Assembly: GCA_964187785.1 (NCBI GenBank)
Contig: OZ076409.1
Coordinates: 63,304,001-63,368,000 of the forward strand
Length of the DNA: 64,000 nucleotides
Source of the DNA: Amphiscolops sp. MND2022
Taxonomy: Eukaryota
Direction of reading: 5' to 3'
Under the pieces are notes generated by a model. That model saw only the letters and a list, made by a program, of their open reading frames with translations. It searched no databases and was not told where the DNA came from. A program made the translations under genes and the position numbers. Within the stretch, counting starts at the first letter, position 1. Each line of letters starts with the position of its first letter. Below are positions 57,437 through 64,000 of this stretch, piece after piece.

Positions 57437-60400
57437 AACAAGACGCCCGCTGAGCAGCGGATATTTTCCGCCCCGAACTGTTCTACAATTACATAAGTTT
57501 GAGGCTCAAGAATAAGCCAATGCACTATAAAAATGCCAATAAGTTCGAAGAAAAGAAAACTTTGATTCATCGTACCCCATTTTAAAGGAAACCCCTAATT
57601 TATCATTTCAGAGAGCTGGCCACTTTTCGTTTTTTCGGCACTATGCGACTTACCGAAAAAAAGAAAAATTTCAATAAATTCTTTGAAAATAATTTTTTAA
57701 AAACAAATTTCAAAGTTTTTAGTTTTCGAGTTTTTCTGTAAAGGAAACAAGTTTCCCGAGTCTTGAGGGTGACCTCTTTGTTACTTTTGATCACGTGGAA
57801 CTGATGAGTTTTCTTCTCGATTGTGCAAATTACCTCATTTAAGTCTTTTTCGACTCTGTACCTCTTTCCGAAACTTTCATTTGGTCAAAGTGTACCCCTT
57901 GCTTTCATAGCACATTTCGGCTTGAGAAAAGCAGTTTCGCGAGCTGAAACTAGTTTCGCCATAAATGGTAAAAGGGAAAATGGTAAAAGCTTGAAATTAG
58001 GTCTGTTTCAAATTTAGGAAAGTTGGGCGATCCCGGTTTGTTATTTTATTGTAAATTGTTTCACCAGAAGTGTCAAAAACTGCAAATAGTTTTGACAACT
58101 TAAGGGTCAATTTGAGGAACTTTTCGAACATGAATCTACAGATGTCTTTTCAAAAATAAGCCTACTGGACACCGAGTTTAGCTGTTGTTGAATGTTTACA
58201 CCATTCTAACCCACGAGTAGCTCGAAACATCTTTCTTAGGAAGATGTACCCCATATCTAGTGAATTTGCTTGGAGGTTTTTGAATGACAAATATTGGACA
58301 AATGAGGTTGAAATTTGCGTTTTCAAGTAAAGTATTTGAAAGTTGTGCAAATAAACTTGTCTGATATCTTTTCGGAACACTACCGGTAGCTAGACGTTTC
58401 AATCCTGAGCCTATGATATTTCTGATTGGAGTGAGTTTTAGGAAAGTGTCCAAAATTGGGACTATATTGTCGAAAATGAAGAAAGTTCGGAAACTTTGAC
58501 ATCTTTGCTGTAAACTCGGTGAACTTCATGCCCATTTTTTCCACAATTGCGTTTTTAATACCTTATTGTTTAAACGCTGAGGTCATTGAAATTTCTCTTC
58601 CTTAAAAACTTTCATGGCTTGAACAAAAATGGGATTAGTTTGTCAAACATTGTGCTTTTTTGTTGTTTCATGGATTTTTGGGTGTTTTTGAGACCAATTC
58701 CAACAAAAAATGCAGTTATCTCTTTAAAATTGCCTACTGGAGTTACCCGGATTAGTTAGTGTTGAGTGTTTAAAACCATTTTATGCAAGAAAGTAGGTCA
58801 AAAAAAACAACAAAAAACTGCATGAAAATGTAAAAAAAACTTGAAATTTTTCAGTTTTTCCAAAATATTCAGTTTTCCAAGGCTCACCGAAACAACAAGT
58901 TTGCCCACGCCTTAAGCGTTTAAACACTGTAGTCCACGAAGTCTATCGATATTTTGACAAAAAGTGGAAAAAAAAGGAATTTGAAAATTTTTCGAAATTT
59001 TGTCTTTTTCGATCTCGATTCCGGACAATTTCCTATTGAAAAACTGTATGTATCTCTTTTCTAAGCATACTAGACAACACTTATTTTCCTTGTTGACCAT
59101 TTTCAACGTTCCAATTGGCGAAGTCTGTCAAAAATTTGGAAAAAATGCATGAAATCTTTGAAAATTGGAATTTTTTGGGATTTTTGTCAATTTCGGTGTC
59201 AATTTGAGACATTTTCAATCAGAATATTGCAATTGTCTTCATTAAAGACTACGAAACGTACCAATTTTTTCATTGTTGACCCTTCAAAACATTCCAATCC
59301 ACGAAGTCTGTGAAACTTTAACAAAAAAGGCATAAAACTTTACTTTGAAAGATGGAAAATTTTGTGTTTTTTGTCAATTTCGGTGTCAATTTGAGATATT
59401 TTCATTTAGAAAAATGCAATAAACTCTTGAAAATGGTCACTGGACAACCAACGTTTTCCTTGTTGACCCCTTAAAACATTCCAATCCACGAAGTCTCCAA
59501 AATTTGACGAGAAATGCGTAGAAACTTTGAAAAATGGAAAATTTAGGGAATTTTGTCATTTTCGGTGTCAATTTGAGACTTTTTTCAGTAAAAAAACAGC
59601 CATTATCTCTTCGGAAACGCCTACTGGACAACAAACCTTGTACCATGTTGATCGTTTTCAACATTCTAGTCCACGAATTCTATCGAAAATTTTACAAAAA
59701 CTGCTTAAAAACGTTAAAAATCTGGAAATTTTTGGTTTTCTTTGTCTTTTTTGGGTCTTTTTCTTTGCAAAAAACCGCATTTATCTCTTCATAAACGACT
59801 ACTGGACAACGAGTTTTTGTCTTTGTGAATCTTTGCACAATCTAATCTACGACATTTATCGGAAACTCGACAAAAATTGCATTAAAACGTAAGAAAAGTG
59901 CAAATTTTCTCTTTTTTGGGGTCATTTTTAAGTTATTTTGGGGTCCTTGGGGTCAACTAAAAAAGTCCGGAAATCTCCACAAATACAAATCGCACGAAGC
60001 TAAATTTATGTGAGCTGAATTCTATGGGTGAAACCCTTTAGCTTTGATATAAATAAAATCTTGGCAAATTTTGTAAAAAAAACAAGACGCCCGCTGAGCA
60101 ACGGGTTATTTTCCGCCCCGAACTGTTCTACATCTACATAAGTTTGAGGCTCAAGAATAAGCCAATGCACTATAAAAATGCCAATAAGTTCGAAGAAAAG
60201 AAAACTTTGATTCATCGTACCCCATTTTAAAGGAAACCCCTAATGTATCATTTCAGAGAGCTGGCCACCTTTCGTTTTTTCGGTACTATGCGACTTACCG
60301 AGAAAAAAAAGTTTTCAATAAATTTTTTGAAAATAATTTTTTTAAACAATTTTCAAAATTTTTAGTTTTTCTGTAAACAAGTTTCCCGAGTCTTGAGGGT

Positions 60401-63153
60401 GACCTCTTTGTTACTTTTGTTGATCACGTGGAACTGATGAGTTTTCTTCTTGATTGTGGGAAATACCTCATTTAAGTTGTTTTCGACTCTGTACCTCTTT
60501 TCGAAACTTTCATTTGGTCAAAGTGTACCCCTTGCTTTCATAGCACATTTCGGCTTGAGAAAAGCAATTTCGCGAGCTGAAACTCGTTTCGCCATAAATG
60601 GTAAAAAGGAAAAGGATAGAAGATTGAAATTAGGTCTGTTTCAAATTTAGGAAAGTTGAGCGATCCCGGTTTGTTATATTATTGTAAATTGTTTCACCAG
60701 AAGTGTCAAAAATTGCAATTAGTTTTGACAACTTTAGGGTCAATCTGAGGAGCTTTTCGAACATGAATCTACAGATGTCTCTTAAAAAAATAAGCCTACT
60801 GGACACCGAGTTTAGCTGTTGTTGAATGTTTACACCATTCTAACCCACGAGTAGCTCGAAACATCTTTCTTAGGAAGATGTACTCCATATCTAGTGAATT
60901 TGCTTGGAGGTTTTTGAATGACAAATATTGGACAAATGAGGTTGAAATTTACGTTTTCAAGTAAAGTCTTTGAAAGTTGTGCAAATAAACTTCTCTGATA
61001 TCTTTTCGGAACACTACCGGTAGCTAGACGTTTCAATCCGGAGCCTGTGATATTTCTGATTGAAGTAAGTTTTAGGAAAGTGTCCAAAATTGGGACTATA
61101 TTGTCGAAAATAAAGAAAGTTCGGAAACTTTGACATCTTTGCTGTAAACTCGGTGAACTTCATGCCCAATTTTCCCACAATTGGGTTTTGAATACCTTAT
61201 TGTTTAAACGCTGAGGTCATTGAAATTTCTCTTCCTTAAAAACTTTCATGTCTTGAACAAAAATGGGATTAGTGTCAAATATAGTGCCTTTTTGTTGTTT
61301 CATGGATTTTTGGGTGTATTTGAGACCAATTCCAACAGAAAATGCAGTTTTCTCTTGAAAATTGCCGACTGGAGATACCCGGATTAGTTAGTGTTGAGTG
61401 TTTAAAACCATTTTATGCAAGGAAGTAGGCAAATAAACAACAAAAAACTGCCTGAAAATGTAAAAAAACTTGAAAACTTTCAGTTTTTCCAAAATATTCA
61501 GTTTTCCTAGGCTCACCGAAACAACAAGTTTGCCCACGCCTTAAGCGTTTAAACACTGTAGTCCACGAAGTCTATCGATATTTTGACAAAAAGTGGAAAA
61601 AAAGGAATTTGATAATTTTTCGAAATTTTGTCTTTTTCGATCTCGATTCCGGACAATTTCCTATTGAAAAACTGTATTTACCTCTTTTCTAAGCATACTA
61701 GACAACACTTATTTTCCTTGTTGGCCCTTTTCAACGTTGCAATTGGCGAAGTCTGTCAAAAATTTGGAAAAAATGCATGAAGTCTTTGAAAATTGGAAAT
61801 TTTGGGGATTTTTGTCATTTTTGGTGTCAATTTGAGACATTTTCAATCAGAATATTGCAATTATGTCTTCATTAAAGACTACGGGACGTACCAATTCTTT
61901 CATTGTTGACCCTTCAAAACATTCCAATCCATGAAGTCTGTGAAACTTTAACAAAAATGCATAAAACTTTACTTTGAAAATTGGAAAATTTTGTGTTTTT
62001 TGTGAATTTCGGTGTCAATTTGAGACATTTTCATTTAGAAAAATGCAATAAACTCGTCAAAATGGTTACTGGACAACCAACGTTTTCCTTGTTGACCCCT
62101 TAAAATATTCCAATCCACGAAGTCTCCAAAATTTGACGAAAAATGCGTAGAATCTTTGAAAAATGGAAAATTTAGGGACTTTTGTCATTTTCGGTGTCAG
62201 TTTGAGACTTTTTTCAAATTAAAAACAGCCATTATCTTTTCGAAAACGCCTACTGGACAACAAACGTGTACCATGTTGATCGTTTTCAACAACCTAGTCC
62301 ACGAATTCTATCGAAACTTTAACAAAAAAGGCATAAAACATTACTTTGAAAGTTGGAAAATTTTGTGTTTTTTGTCAATTTCGGTGTCACTTTGAGACAT
62401 TTTCATTTAGAAAAATGCAATAAACTCTTACAAATGGTCACTGGACAACCAACGTTTTCCTTGTTGACACCTTAAAACATTCCAATCCACGAAGTCTCCA
62501 AAATTTGACGAGAAATGCGTAGAAACTTTGAAAAATGGAAAATTTAGGGACTTTTGTCATTTTCGGTGTGAATTTGAGACTTTTTTCAGTGAAAAAACAG
62601 CCATTATCTCTTCGGAAACGCCTACTGGACAACAAACCTTGTACCATGTTGATCGTTCTCAACATTCTAGTCCACGAATTCTATCGAAAATTTGACAAAA
62701 ACTGCTTAAAAACGTTAAAAATCTGGAAATTTTTGGTTTTCTTTGTCAATTTTGGGTCTTTTTCTTTCCAAAAAACCGCATTTATCTCTTCATAAACGAC
62801 TACTGGACAACGAGTTTTTGTCTTTGTGAATCTTTTCAACATTCTAATTCACGACATTTATCGTAAACTCGACAAAAATTGCATTAAAACGTAAAAAAAT
62901 GCAAATTTTCTTTTTTTGGGGTCATTTTTAAGTTATTTTGGGGTCATTCTGGGGTCCTTGGGGTCAACTAAAAAAGTCCGGAAATCTCCACAAATACAAT
63001 TCGCACGAAGCTAAATTTATGTGAGCTGAATTCTATGTGTGAAACCCTTTAGCTTTGATATAAATAAATTCTTGGCAAATTTTGTAAAAAAAAAAAACCC
63101 GTTCGATTTAAATATTTTCCATTCCCATATGAAATATGGGCGGAAAATAATAA
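57437..63153 (-). mobile_element. Head-to-tail tandem dimer of HINE-like family B (units 57437-60080 and 60081-63153)
   Basis: Both units start AACAAGACGCCCGCTGAGC on +. Perfect 13-bp subterminal IR TTATTTTCCGCCC (60106-60118) / GGGCGGAAAATAA (63138-63150). Internal tandem repeats with an extra block in unit 2. Confidence 0.7.
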
Positions 63154-64000
63154 AACGCAGAACACTATGGTTTTGAACACAATAGAGAAGGAAGAGCTAT
63201 TGCATGAACTGAACTAGTTTTGATGCCACACTTAGGCTTTCGATTTAGTCAGAAAACTTAGTTTTGGTGTTAACGACCAGGCGCATCATTTTTGTGATTT
63301 TTCTCTAGTCCAAATCACACCGAAGGCATCAAAAGAACAAAGGGAACTTTGAACATTAAACTGCAAAGACCCAAACACAATGTCGCAGCCTCATGGTTGC
63401 TCTAGACCTGCTGTGCAAGAGTGAAAAAGAGAACAACTGATGCAGCCCAAAGAGATAAAACTTGCCTTAAGAAAACTTTGCAAACTGTATAAACCCCCAT
63501 TTCATGTCTCATTATTTGTTCCGGCTTTGGATTTATGTCATGTAAATATTTGATTTTGTATTTTTTTCTTATTGATGTGCAAACGGTGACAGCAAAATGA
63601 GATACATTTATCATAAGTGCTTTTTTGATTCTTTATCTTTAATCATAACCCAATCTGATGACACATTTTGGTGAATTCGAATTGTTTCGATGAATGGAAA
63701 TTGGTATCAGATTAATACGTGGCTTTTCTGAACATTAGACATCCGTCACTGTACGGAATTGTGAAAACGAATATACTTCATTGTGCTGTTTTCAAATATT
63801 CATTATGCGGTAATATGCGGAAATTTCCAGCCGTATATGCGGAAAATTGTTACCGCTTATACGGCATTATGCGGAAATCAGTAATTTCCTTCATACAGTG
63901 AGATAGTGCTATTTATACGTCACCATGCCGAAAATCGACGGCGCACATGCGTAAACATACGTTTACCCATATTATTCCTAATACGGTGCTATACCAGTGT

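Noticed and set aside
57823..62795. Repeated short ORFs (e.g. MDTFLKLT..., MENLG..FVIFGVNLR)
   Set aside because: Recur only because they lie in duplicated non-coding repeats.

Overview
AT-rich, repeat-dense eukaryotic (probably invertebrate animal) DNA with spliceosomal introns and a 200-N gap at 19967-20166. The main feature is a very young, ~16.4 kb Ty3/Gypsy LTR retrotransposon (3725 to ~20126, + strand) with unusual architecture. It has ~1.95 kb LTRs. Its gag ORF starts inside the LTR and reads through the PBS, then joins an intact pol by a -1 frameshift. It carries a five-exon ANTISENSE gene (~1270 aa) that looks like a catalytically dead hAT-transposase derivative with a BED-like zinc finger, plus an extra sense ORF that ends inside the 3' LTR. 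There is no polypurine tract at the 3' LTR; a conserved hairpin sits there instead. An older, internally deleted relative (26186-35458, - strand) has the same layout. Two more distant LTRs with read-out ORFs lie at ~20167-21959 and 52827-54064. The window also holds a decayed Mag-like Gypsy, Helentron/HINE-like repeats, palindromes, and exons of a host C2CD2/TMEM24-like gene on the - strand. All assignments come from reading the sequence by eye; no database search was run.
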